DNA of 64,000 bases from Tubiluchus corallicola (lineage: Eukaryota > Animalia > Priapulida). Below the pieces are notes generated by a model that saw only the letters and a program-made list of their open reading frames with translations, was not told where the DNA came from and did not search any database. Positions 14,131-28,300 of the stretch are shown here, piece after piece; position 1 is the first letter of the stretch; each line of letters starts with the position of its first letter. The stretch covers positions 62,001 to 126,000 of the forward strand of contig JAQGDQ010000562.1 of assembly GCA_030141605.1 (NCBI GenBank), in the 5' to 3' direction. Position numbers and translations under genes: made by a program.

Positions 14131-14532
14131 CACTGTATGAATGTGCAAGTAATCTTACATTCACCGTATGAATGTGCAAGTCATCTTACATTCACCGTAT
14201 GAATGTGCAAGTAATCTTACATTCACTGTATGAATGTGCAAGTCATTTTACATTCACCATATGAATGTGCAAGTAATCTTACATTCACCGTATGAATGTG
14301 CAAGTAATCTTACATTCACCGTATGAATGTGCAAGTAATCTTATATTCACCGTATGACTGTGCAAGTAATCTTACATTCACCGTATGACTGTGCAAGTAA
14401 TCTTACATTCACCGTATGAATGTGCAAGTAATCTTACATTCACCGTATGACTGTGCAAGTAATCTTACATTCACCATATGACTGTGCAAGTAATCTTACA
14501 TTCACCGTATGAATGTGAAAGTCATTTTACAT
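14131..14532. repeat. Minisatellite, 31-bp unit x about 13, with degenerate copies to about 14710
   Basis: Unit CACCGTATGAATGTGCAAGTAATCTTACATT, lying between the convergent 3' ends of the NEK and BET genes. Confidence 0.97.
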
Positions 14533-16314
14533 AGTGTGGGAACATGTCATATTATGTTCACTGCGTGAATGTAAGACTTACTTTCCGTTTGAAGTTTGAA
14601 TGTGTGCATAACCTTGCGTTCACTGTATGAGTACGTCATCATATGTGTGACGTTTGGTTTACTGAAGGAATATGCGAATCAACTTTCATGGATGTGCAAG
14701 TTACATAAATTCATTGATCAGCATATGGACATGTCAGTCTACTTGCGTTCAATGTAATGGGGTTTTTGTTCACTGTACAGATAAACTATACATAATATTA
14801 AGAATTTGACATAGTTAGAACCAAACCAGTACAATAAAAATGTTTTTCTAAAAATCTTATTACAAAGTTTAATCGCCGAATGACACATACATGTATTGGA
14901 AATACAACAACTATTAATAATGGTTTTTGACGCCAACCATTTTACCTAGAACAAGTAATATTTTGTACATCAAAGCACAGCTTTTTTATTAAATAAACAT
15001 CGTATTTACATTTTTCGTTTTGTTTTATATACGTTGGTACATTAACAGTTGTATTTACATCAATTATATGAAAATGACCGTGTAATGAACATATACATAT
15101 TACTCTAACTAATGTAATGGTCGTTTCCCTGATTATAAAGTTCACTGCAAAGTCAGATTAATCCACCGCTAATTCACTCAGCATTTTCAGCATGTTTGGA
15201 TTAACATACTAAAACGTAGTAACACAAACTACTAGGCTTGTCAATAGTTTAGTATACAACTTTAATAGACTTAACATTACTACTACTACTGAATCAAATA
15301 TCAAGGTACTGCATACAAAAGCATCACTCTTAGTAATTAGTTCTTATCTCACATAATTCACACTGACTGTAACACACCAGTTCTGATTTTTAATAAAGTA
15401 AAAATGTATGTATTACAGCAGCAACACTCACACAACAGAAAAAAATGAAAATGAAATTGCAATAATTTACAATAATATAAAACTCTTCACCAGTTGAGCC
15501 AATGGAGCTTCCATGAATGACCGTTTGGATTTTTTCACACTGCAATGCAAAGACAGAACGGTCCTCTCACATGAAGTAATACTCACTAACGAGATCATTT
15601 ACATTAACACATATATATCAATATTGACAAAATAGCACTTAATTATTAGCAAAAATTTCTAAGACAACTCACGTTCATCCTGAATTATGTCATTAAAAGT
15701 TGATTAATGTTATAAATGGTCACTGACCGTCAAGTAAAGTCTATATATTATGGCACAGCATTTGCTATATTCATTAGCTAAATTACAAAAGTCGAGTCCT
15801 GTTAGAAAATAAACCACAGAAAACAAAATACAGCCTTATGTTGCTTAAAAACCTTACTATGTGAAACTGAGCAAAAATGGATTATGTAATAAAAAGTCTT
15901 ATGCGACACATTCAAGTTTTTACCACCAATTTTTGTCATCATTGAAAAACTTAACACTGTTATGGTGCACATACACTCATCGGGGAATGGCAACGGCTAC
16001 GCAACGCAGTACATCCAATATTACCACAATGATAGCATACGTAAATCAGACTAATCACCAGATAACGTAAACCTGATAGGATACGCAAACTGGTCAAACC
16101 ACTCAAGTCTAACTGGGTGAACAGTGAAATTTGTCGCCGTTGCCGCACAAACTTTTTAACAAAGTATTCACTTTTAATGAACACAAGTAATTAAGGCAGG
16201 AAGAGACCTGGTACAATGGTACTCTGCACACACATTTCCTTCACAATCCATCAATAACAGTCTATCCATCCTGCAGCTGTGGATGTTTTTAAGTAGATCT
16301 ATTTCAAGACTCGG

Positions 16315-19300
16315 CTATAGCATTTGCTCAAATGAGTGCATGATGTCACTCTGTTGATTCATATCAATCTGTCCAGCCAACTGAAATTACAAATCTTGCA
16401 TTCAGAATAACATTTATATATAAAAAGAATAATAAATTTTTAAAAATTGAACATTAGTGCACCACTATGAGGCATCACCAAAAAATTACATTTGCCAATA
16501 AAAGTCTCTGATGGAAAATTGGTGGATGACCAGACCAGGGACACAGGAACCAAAATAAATAGCTTATTTATGCTAGCTGACACGAACATATTCACAAGAA
16601 TTATGTAAATGAAGGTTAGGAAAAACAAACTTTGAGAGCATGACAAATGATTTGTAATAAATTAAAAATTCGCAGAGCTACATGATGTTTCATGTCAACT
16701 TTGTTGAATAAGTATTTCATAACATAAAACAGGAGACACTTTTCCAGCTGTGAAAATATTTTAAAGTAATATTTTGTCAACAGAAACAATGCAAAAGCAC
16801 CTACTTCAAAGAAGATTTTTACCTCAGTTTTGTATCAGTTTTCAGTTTCCTTTAGACAAAATGTTATACTACTGATCAAATGACAACAGATTTAATTAAT
16901 TATACGTACAGCCTCACGCTTCCGTCGTTCTTGCTCTCTCAATCTATCCCTCTCTTTCTGTGCACGTTGCCTCTCTTCTTCTTGAGCTTTCTGCTGTTGC
17001 TCTAGCGCAGCTTTTCTTGCTTGTTCAAGTGCCTCTTCCTCCTCCTTTTCTCTGTAATATAAAATTTATAGTGCAACCCTTGGCTCGCCAAAAACAAATG
17101 CCTGGTCCAATTGTGACTGACCAGTGTGCCTGCCATTCGGGATTAATTGTCAGTTGAAGATGCCTGGTCCAGTGCAGTTTACTCATGTGTGATTGTGCAG
17201 TTTGCCCTAATTTTCACATTATGGCTCCTATATCAGGCCCTTAAACAATCCTATGGTTTTTAAATACATTACTGTCTTGGCCTCTACCTCAGGCGTCTAC
17301 TTGCTGCCTAGTCTTGTGACTCTATGCCTATAGTTTTTGAGTTATTCAACGTTGTGGCTCGAACTAACCAATGTTTTGTGTCCTTGACCTTTTGGCCAAA
17401 GTCACCATTCACTATATTACTGTCGAGGTCCCAAGCCTAGGTGTTTATATTTGTAAGTTTGGTGACTATAACCCTCCACGTTTGTGACTTAATGCGAATT
17501 TTTGATTGTATCCACAATGACGACGACAGTGACAAGACTTGCCACATGGGCCCCATTCTTGGAATGGACCAAATGAAAATTTAAGGACTATCATCGTGTT
17601 CACACGGGTAACAAAAATCAGACTCGGGTACCCTATTCCTTATACCCGTTGGGTACCTGGGAACCCAATTATCAAGATTCAGTGGCAGTGAAGAAACTGT
17701 AATCATTAATATTCACAAATAAAAACAACTACTGGTGCGTTTCAAGTAACTGCACATTTATGTTAACAACAAGTTTTCACTTGTTACACGCTGAAAGACT
17801 GAACACACGAGCTATGAGTCACGAAAGTCAGTGTTTTGCCACACAAGGCATTTGAGTGAGTTTTATCATGTGGTTTTATCTGCCAGACCTTAATTACTTA
17901 GTTGCACGCTTTGTCAACGAGTTAGCTATGTCAGCTTACGTAATACCGCATTGATACAGTGTAGGGATTAGGGGAATAAAATAATCTATATTATCTTTTT
18001 TGTGCACTGTTAAGCTTAATAATCTGTTTATTCACATTTTTGTTAGTGACCTGAAATAAGTTTTTAAAGGTGAATAAACAATTTGATTTGAATAATTAAC
18101 CTCTTGGTAAAGAAATCACAGTTCGTTTCTTATAGGTCACTCTACAGCAAAATTGGTATGATCTGCCATGTCCCAAATGGTTGTTGGCTTGGCACACTGC
18201 CAACGCAGCAGTTTAATAGCTCGGGTATAGGTACCTGCTGTAGAAGTGCACAGCAGAAGATGGTATTTAAATTTTAATTCTCTAACAATGGTTATCGCAT
18301 TCCAAATAATGTCTGTATTTTCATTGTTGGAACGGGTTAGAAATATTAGGCTCCGGTAATAAACAATGTGGGGAAGCACTAGTCTATCGCATGTATCAGG
18401 ACCTATACATCCGAGCCCATGCCGTGGCTGACCTTGAACAAATCCAGGGCGGTGAAACATAAGATAAACAAATTCTGTTCAAATCAAACATGACAGGCTG
18501 GTAAAATGCACTTCAGCGCACACTCACAAAATACCAAGACAGTAAAAACACAAATAATTACCTTAACTTCTCTCTTTCTATCCTTTGCCTCTCGCGCTCC
18601 TGTTGTTCCCTCTGTAATTTTTTGTGTTCCTCTTGTTCCTTCTGCTGCTTGAGCTGTAACACATAGTCGATAGTGTAAGACATGCAAATATTCTAAATAA
18701 GCTGCAACAAAAAAATTTGGCTAAAGTAAACAATTCCCAGTAAGTTTAGCTTAGTAGCCTGCTAGCATTTTTATTGTTGAACATAAACAGCTTACTATGG
18801 TATTGCAACAAAAATTTATCTAACCAGTCAGCAAAAATAATGCGCATGGTCTATTTTTACCCTTTCTTTTTTCTCAAGAGCCTGCTTGCGAAATTGTGCA
18901 AAACTGTCCACTCCAACTTGCTGACGTGCACCACCAGATGGTGCTGACTGTGTAGCAAGACTCGACCAGGAATTCACGTTCTTTATCTTTAAGTCCTGCT
19001 AGAACGAAAAACATTTTGTTTTAAAGGTAATCCCGCAAGTAACACAGTATGGTTGTGAGTAGTCATATCATTTTTTATTCATACTCGTGGTACAATCACA
19101 TCAATAAACAAACAGCTCAACAATTAAAATAACATTAATTAACAAGATTAGTAAGCAATGTGAATAGATACAAATAAGTGAGAGTAAGATATGTTAGAAT
19201 GACGTACAACTCATTCCTGTCAAAAAAAAAATCAAAACAATTATCTTCCAGCATAACTGTTTTACAATTGTATAAATTCAAGAGGAAAAACAATATGGCT

Positions 19301-22300
19301 TTACAAAGTTTTGAACTTACTTGCATAATTAGGATTGAATTTTGAGCAGAAGTTGTGATACGTTTTGTGTTAATATTGTGATACGCTTTACTGTACTGCA
19401 TTATGCATTGCAATATATTGTTGTTTTCACAATCACAGAAAATGACTTGTTTCAGCTCACTGCAGCACTGCAGTAAATAATTTTAAATCATTTTAGCAAT
19501 TTAAGTATTTAAGTGAGAATGATGCATTTCAGATCTTTTTAATTGCATTCTATGCTGCACACATTGTAAACACATTATTCAAAATGAAAACACGAAAATT
19601 AAAGTTGACAAAAAATTAAGCGAAGTTACTGCTGTTAATACTAATACAGTCAAATCTCCCTCTCCCGTCCTTTACAATGCTAATCTCACTTAATACCAAT
19701 AGTTTTGGCAAAACAAAATGTCCATATTTGCAATGACATGTATACATTAAAGCACCTTGTTATAATGAAAAACTCGTTAATGTCAACTTTTTCTTGCTGT
19801 CCCAATCTAGGCGGAACAAAAGAAGTTTTACTGAAGGTGTTACAAAATTATTTTTATCAGTTAAAATAGCATTCTACACATATGCAGAATCTGTAAACCA
19901 CTCAAGCAATGTGTCCTCGGACAGTTGCAAATTTTCACTGGTAGCTTGTGCACCAACTTCAAATAATTAAGGATTTTAAACATCAGAATAATTACGCATC
20001 ATGACTTTTTGGTGCTTCTTCAGTACTTTACACCTGATTTACTTTCTCTGCAAATTGCAACTATTTTTTCCTATTTATCCAACAATCTTTTTCAGGCTGA
20101 AATATTTGCACATGCCTGACTTTGCACGTTTGCTATCTACCAGTTCAGTTTTTAAGAAAAGAACTTGAAAAATCATTTTTCAAAAAAGGAATAGAAGCCG
20201 CTCGATACATTCAACTCAGTCATTTACAGCAACAAATCTAAAAACAGGTTCATTTTATTAGCAGGCTTATGACCAATTACAAGTCAGCTGACATGCAGCA
20301 CTTGACACAACTTAATAACTGCTGTCATCTTGTATAGATTATTATTAATGGTCAGAAAACTTATTAGTTTTAGTTAACATACTTTATTAAAGTTATTTTA
20401 GTCAAAATTGGCATAATAGTTTGATTAAATTATTTACTAAATAGTTTCATAATCCAAAGTAGCTACAACTTATGTTTGCTGTACATCGACCATCAAAGTA
20501 TTTACAGTACAGAATAAACATTACATCGTGAAATCGGTTACATCATTCAACCTTACTAAAGCACTCCATAAACTGCTAAATGAGTCAAGGTGTCACATGA
20601 TTACTTTCCACAAAAGGATTACTGAAACAGTTGATCAAGAAATCAAGAAAATAGGAAGTAAAACAAGAAGCTTAACAGCCACTACAGTTAAATACCTGCT
20701 TAACGTTCTTTCTGTCGTTCTGAGGCGTGGAGTGCGGTGCCTTCATCACATTTTCGAGTGAGTTTTCACGTGACAAAGTGTTTTCACGAGTTACTGGGTT
20801 ACTGGAACTACCAGACGTGTAACTGACTCCTGTTATAGCTAGAAAAATAACCAAAACAGATATTGTGCCTTAGCAGTAATCAATGTACATATTTTTAAGA
20901 GAAAAATTAATAAAAAAACGTGACAATAACACACAGGAACACAATAAATGAATTACAATGCAAAAATATCATAGTAACTCAGTGGCAAGAAAAACACCAT
21001 TAAAGGAAAACCAGACCCATCTTAAAATATAGCTCACAATAATCTACCCTGCAAATACTAATACAGAAAGTTAACTTCGCATTCGCACGGTTAGATTTTC
21101 ACTGTTATATGTATTTCACCATTCACTAGTTAGATGGGCACTAGCGCCTGCATCTCAGAATGCATTGAACAAAAAACAGCTGCTGTACCTCTCAGTTCAG
21201 AGGTGTTCAATTGTTATGTAAGTTCGAGAGCTTAAGCGCGACCACAGTAGTACACTTGAAATTTTACTTATAAACTTAAAATTTGGAGAATGTTTGTATA
21301 TCACACTGACTGTTGCACAATAGCAGTGTACTGCAATTTCTGCTTTTGCAAACACATGTAACATGTTCATGGAATGTTTGTGCTGTTGAAAATTATGTTC
21401 AGTTTTGATGTTATCAACAGCTGGGCTCACCTGCCGTTAATTATGTTTTTAAGCTGCTATTTAATTACCAGATACGTTTTAGCATTATCATAGGTCCTAA
21501 AATGTGTACTTTTTGCCGTATTTCAAAATGGGGTCGCCTATGAAAAATCGGTCATGTTTTCCTTTAATTATCAAGCAACATTCCCTGGAGACTCACCACA
21601 TGATTTTTCAAAACTAAGCGCTTAACTCACAACAAATGCTAGAGTGATGTATGATATGATGACATTAACACAAAGTGCAGTAGGTGGAATCACTCAACAG
21701 TTAACTCCTCAAAAAACAACGACTCTCGTTAATAGCTGATAATTTTTGGGAAAGATTTGCATTTTCTTAGCATTCAAAGGTTGCTAGCGATAGTTTACTT
21801 ACATGTTTGCACATTAGGTGGAGCTGGTTTTGGGCTCGGCCGTGGACTACTGCTATCTTCATCACCAATATAAAACTTGACATCTTTGTTTTTGTCTGCA
21901 ATTGGCGAACGTGACGCCCCTGGTGACTGCATCTGTGATAAATAAATCAGATAAATTTGTTAGTAGAAAAACACTAACTGATGAGTGTTGGTAACTATTA
22001 GTTGGTAAGTTGTTTTACGACAGAGTTCATAGTTAGTTATGCTCAAATAATGATTATTTATTTGTATCGCAGAACTCAACCAATTATTGTCATCAGCTGT
22101 GCTATAATTTAGGTCAACAATAAAAAATATATACAATAAAATTCTCCAGGCACAGTAATAAAACGTTATTGTAAAAAGAAAGGCTTGAAGACTAGTTTTA
22201 AAATGGTTAAGGCTTGAAGACTAGTTATAAAATAGTTAAAATCATTAATAGAACACAAGCTAAACAGAAGCTCAAGTTTACCCCAAGTTTTACTTGGAGT

Positions 22301-25300
22301 TGCACTGGGAAAAGGATGCTCGCCATACCCGAGCGTTGATTTTTCGATGATGGGTGACAGCTACATTAAAACCATCCGAAAATCTTAAAGAACATCTAGG
22401 CAGATGAAAATTGACTAGATCATCCAGATAAGATGGACCCAGGCCATACAAAGGTTTAAAGGTAATCAGCAATAGTTTACAAAGAATGCTGAATACTAAA
22501 AAGAAAAGTATTCTGAAAATGTTGCAAATGATCGATTTCCTTTATCTGTACTTTCCTTGTGCAACAAAAACACATTACCTTAATATCTGACAATGCTTTC
22601 TGAGTAGGTGGTACCACAGGTGAATTAGCTGCAGTTGTTGGTAATTGTGGCACAGATGACACTGGAAAAAGTGATAAAATGAAATCAGTAGGTACAGAGT
22701 TTCGAACTGTAACTGAACTAAATTTACAAATCAAACAATACAGAGAGACCCTATTCCAAAAAAACTACTAAAGACAGACATTTTCGCACTCATTACGAGC
22801 TCATTATGATGTAACCTACTGAAGTTTTGGAACTAAGGAAATATCTCTATTTAGTGTTTATTGCTGAAATTTGCTGAAAATATCTACAGAAAATCTCTGG
22901 TTTTGCTCTGAGTCAAGTTATGAGCTTTGGCTCAAGGTCACGTTACGTTCAAATCACTGAGATTCAAAAAATAAGTTGCGTGGTCATTTCAACTTACAAA
23001 TAATTTCAATGCTGATGTCTGAAACATTAAACAAACATAAACTTTGAATACTGTATTTCACAATTTCTACCTGCTGATGAAGATTTGTTGGTGAGTTTTT
23101 GAGGAGCTGGTTCGGCTACTGCACTTGGTCTGCTAGTGGTCTGCGCAGGCATGTGGTGAGTTGCCGGGGGTCGAATGCCCGAAGAAGCATTGTTTGTTGC
23201 TACTGGTGCTGATGTTGAATTTGAAAGACCTACGAGAATAAACCAAAAAGGCGATACATATAAAGATATAGAAAGGGAAGTTTAATTCGTTGGAAGAAAA
23301 CAAAAATATGTAATCAAATATTTAACTCCTTGAGGACCGCGCCATATAAAATAGGTCTTATAAGACCTATGACTTTTTTCTACTGTATGAGCACAGACAT
23401 AACTAAATGATTACAAATTAGGTGCTGTTCTATTCAGTCGAATCTCAGCTATCGGAAAAAATTAATGCCCTTTTCTGGCACTTTAACGTAGCCTATTGAG
23501 ACGCTTAGTCTGGCGTGATCGCGCACACTATGTTATTGATCGCCTACTTGCTACAACTCAAGGTGTGCAGTGTTCTGTTGCTATCCCAGGAAAAACCAAT
23601 CGATCAGCCAAGGACAAATTAAGATCGTTTCACCTTTTAACAGGAATTTCTCCTTAAAAGAGAGTAGACTTGAAACCAAAATGTATTAGAGTGTTGTGTC
23701 TGGATGGTTGAAATTTTCTGCATTAGCTGATTTCACACACGCGATACTGTATATTGTTATACTGCAGTTACTGAATGCTTTTTTTCAATTTTTTCGTCAA
23801 AAATTCAATTTTTAATGTGAATAAGGTAACTAAATTTATTCCACATATCATTTTGCATGAAAATCCATTGTGTAAGGATTAGAAACCTACAAAAATGATC
23901 CAATATAACATAATCGTTGCTTATTGAGAGCAGTTTTTTATCAATCGATGCAAAATACAGCAAATGCTTATGGTCCTGAAGGAGTTAATAGAGCTAAACT
24001 AACCACAGTAAACTTAAAAATGCATTAAACACTTGTTGATTAGTAGAACAGAAATAACGACTTTAGTTTAAAACAATGCATTCAAATGTCAGGACTTGAT
24101 TAATTTAAGAGCAACAGACTCCCAAGTTATAAAGATATACAAGAAAGACTTAAAATTTATCATGGATACTACATACCTGTTTGAGGTGATGTTTTTAACT
24201 GAGGTTTTGAGTCAACATCAGAAGTCTGAGTTGGAACTTTGTTTGTTGAATCCTGCAATTTACAAACACCATTGTGTGAATAAAAGAACAACAGTGAACT
24301 ACATACACTCCTAAAAAACTACTATACATATACTCCTAAAAAACTACTATACATATACTACTAAAAATATCGCAATATTAAAACATAGCGAGAATGACTG
24401 GGTTCCTAACAACAACACTTATTACCTCAGATTTCGGCTTCTTAGCTGGAGTTTCTGAAAAAAAGAAAGTAAGAAATCATGCACAGGGTTCTGCTCATTA
24501 AAAATGTTTGCAGAAAATGCAACGGGTAAATTACTCTTGCTGCTGCCAGTATCACAGCTATGTGTGTTTCCATATTAGAAAACATGATAAAAAGACTTTT
24601 GTAAACTCAAAGCTCCATTAAATTTACATTGGAAAAGAAATTATACCAAGTTTTTCACCAGGCAGGAACTTTACACTGAAGAAGCTTCTGCTTGGTGTCT
24701 CATTCTACTGACAGCAATCATTAAAAAATGTTTTTCAACTGATTTATTTCAACGAAATGAGTCAACAAAAAGAGAAGCTGCACAATCACAATACTTTTCA
24801 CGTTACTCTAATGACAATTAACCTAGTTTTGTCATAGCAAGTAAAACCTCTGTCCATCTCACAAATGTGGCAAATCACACACATCAACTACCGAATGAAA
24901 TAGTCTGAAGTGTATTTTCAATGACTGTGTCAGAAACTAGGCTACATACTTCGACCCTTGCAAACCATTAGAAAAATGAAGGTCAACTAACCCGTCTCTG
25001 AATCACTACTCTCAGATGAGCTGGATGATGATGAACTACTGCTATCACTACCAGATGAGGAAGAACTGCTGCCACTTAATGTCGGTTGCTTGGCAACCGT
25101 AGACTCTGTAATAATTAAACAATGCTTCTTTTAAACGTACAATTAGTGATAATATGAAGAAAAAATCTCAAAAAGCTTGACGAACTATTATAGATTAAAT
25201 AAAAGCAATTCTTCCAGTGAAGGCGAGTTTTTTATTTTCCTTGCTACAAAAATACTTGCTTTCCAGAAATATAAAATATTTCAAAATATGATTTCTTACT

Positions 25301-28300
25301 ATTACAGCAGGTAATCAAAGACTATAGGCCTATATGGTTACCAGAGCTTGTTTTTGCAGCTGAAGTTTCAACTTGATTTGAAGGCGATCAATAGTGTAAC
25401 TTGTATAGTTAAGAAAACCAACCAATAAAAGTAAGCAATTTCCCTGTAAACTTGTGGACTGAAAATTTCTTTTTTTACTACAAAGTGAGCATGACTTATT
25501 TTTGAGAGAAATCAGACCTTTTTTCTGCTTTGTTGATTTTGTTGAAGTGGTTGCACTGCTATTCACCAGTTGTTGACTATTCACATCCTTCGAGGGTTTT
25601 TCAATCTCTGGTTTTGTTTCTTTCTGTGCGTCTTCTTTTGATTTTCCAGCTGCACTTTTAGCTACAAAATAAATATAGACAAATTTCCTGATATGTTAAA
25701 AACTGACAGCCACACTAATATATCATATATTATTATATATATTATCATATATCATATATTATATATCATATATATATATGTATGTATATATACATACATA
25801 CATACGTACGTACGTACGTACGTACATACATACATACAGAAAACAATTAACAATTTGCAAGTATTTACAACTGTTAGAATTTGAATTTCTACTGTAGCCT
25901 TAATTACTGTGAGCTGCAAAACTGGCTTTATAATTTATAGCTAAGTAGTTGCTATCTTTATAGCAAAGATAATGTAGAATCACTTATTAAAAGGGACGTG
26001 TAATACATAAAAGATTATGTGCAGTTAGTCCTCATTTAACAACAATTAACTCCACAGAACATTTACCACCTCATCTCACTTAATGACATATATTCTATTC
26101 TAATGAGGAATTCTTAGCCACACTTTGAAAACTAAAATTCTGTCTGATAGGTTTATACTTTATAAACAACTAGCGTTCAGCCCAAATCCTATGCGAATTT
26201 ACTCAGTACCGATTGTTACAACAGGCTGTCACAATCTATTCATGCAAAGACACCACCATTAACAGATCATGTTACAATATGCTGCATTATTTCATTATGG
26301 CTGGTTGTCAGAAACTATTACATCTCTATGATTTATTATTGGTGCTAAACATAAGAAATAAACCCGTCCTGTCTGATAAAATTCCCATGTTACATGTTGG
26401 ATAACTGATGCACTGCTCACTTAGAGGAGTCTGCTTTGCTTGGCAAATGTACACATTGGGTTAATTGCACTCATCAGTCATTTTATTTGCACTTATGTTG
26501 TGGAAAAGCAACAATGTCTATAAAGATTTATCAGCAAATATATATAGCTAGGACCAGAAATGCAATGCTCTGAACTTATCTTAGTAAAACTAGAGACAAC
26601 TCACAAAAAGCGCTGAAAAAAATTAAAGCACAAAACAGAAACATCAATAAACACGACTAAAATAAGCTATGCAAGAACCAAGATGAGAAAAGACAGAAAA
26701 ACTGCTATCTTTATGAACTGACGCTCTAATCTTAATATGCAGCAGCAGAAAGTTTGCATATTGTTAATGGTAACAAAGCTAGAGTTCACAAAAGGGTTCC
26801 ACATGAAGAAGTGTGATCAAAGCTCAGGAAAAAAAACATGCTGCAAATCTGTGATGACATTATCGTTTTAAATAATATTATCATGTCTTGGAACGCATGC
26901 GTGTTTTTTAACATTATTTCTACAACGGCTTTGTTTAAAGACAATTCATTTAATGCATTAGTGTCCTTAAGCGAGGATGACTGGACGATAAAGAAAATGA
27001 GGAGTATAGAACAAAAAATATGCTGGCAGTTCTTATGATGATTTTACAATGCAAAGTCTTGCCATACCGATTCAGATATAAATTGAACAAACTTTTACCC
27101 AATTACCAAAAGTGTTTTCTATATGAAGTAACCATAGGCACTTACTATATTTCCTAGGTTTCTTTCTAAGTACAGAAGCCACATAAGACTCCAGCTCACG
27201 TAGCGTCGATGCTCTTAATGTTTCAAAATCTATTTCTATTTCATCAGGATTTGAATCTCGTAGCGACGGTTCTCTCGACTGTATAATGTGAACAACCTTT
27301 CCTAATTTGTCCCCTAAAGAAAAACAAAATCAATAATAGCTTTTGTGAATGCGGGTAAATAATATCTAATGTCAGTAATATCTAACATTATTTCACACAA
27401 AAGCAAAGAAGAAGTAGCAAACGAGTCGTATTGTCTACAATTAAACAAAATCACTTTAACACCTACTTACTTTACTGCAGTAAGTCCTCACTTAACGACG
27501 CTAATGAGTCCAGCAAAGCAGGTCGTTAAGCGAAACATCGTTAAATGAAATATTCTTTTCCATAAGAAACAAATTAAAAGCATTTAGTTGCATTCCAGGA
27601 GCAAAAATCAATAGTGCTTGGCTATGCAATGTTTGCAGCAGGGCGAAAACTACTGAGCGTGGCTATGATAAAAGGTTCAGTTATCTTGCAGGAGAAAAAT
27701 AGTAATCTTTGGCTCATAAATTAAACACTATATGATTTATTGTTTACAGTTCTACAGTGCTTCTTTAATTAAAATATTACTAATACTACCAGCGTTGTGT
27801 TGGTGGCAGCTAAAATGCAAATGAAGTGAATGCAGCAATTAGCTATCTAACAGGAGAGTTTTATCAGCTGAAACTCTTGCATTTTATCAAGAAAAATCTT
27901 ATCTAAATGTAGGAAAGCAATCAGTCATCATGGCCTGCCTATAGCTGTAGTTGATTGTTTGCTGTCGGTTTGGTTGTGCTACGGTGATCTGGATTAAATG
28001 GCGATCTTCTTAATAGAGTACAAGTGCAGCAAATAAGATTTTAGTGTTTAAAGTAAATTAAACAAATCGGCGTTAAAACGAAGCATGAGACGTTAAGTGC
28101 AAAAAGGTGTCAAATGATTAGCGTCACTAAAACGAAATGTTGCTAAGCGGTGAGTCATTAAGCGAGGACTTACTGCAATTAAAATAATTTGTAAGGTAGT
28201 GTATCAACCTTTAAATGGAAAAAAAACAAAAATAAAAACACATTGATCATTCATCATCATCATTATCATCATCATCTTTTTCATCGTCACCATTGTCATC

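Noticed and set aside
14131-14532. Palindromic 31-bp repeats resembling a CRISPR array
   Set aside because: The units are contiguous with no unique spacers, there are no cas genes, and the context is eukaryotic.
17592-18462. Possible hAT-like element with GGGTACCC subterminal motifs
   Set aside because: I could not establish convincing TIRs or a TSD.
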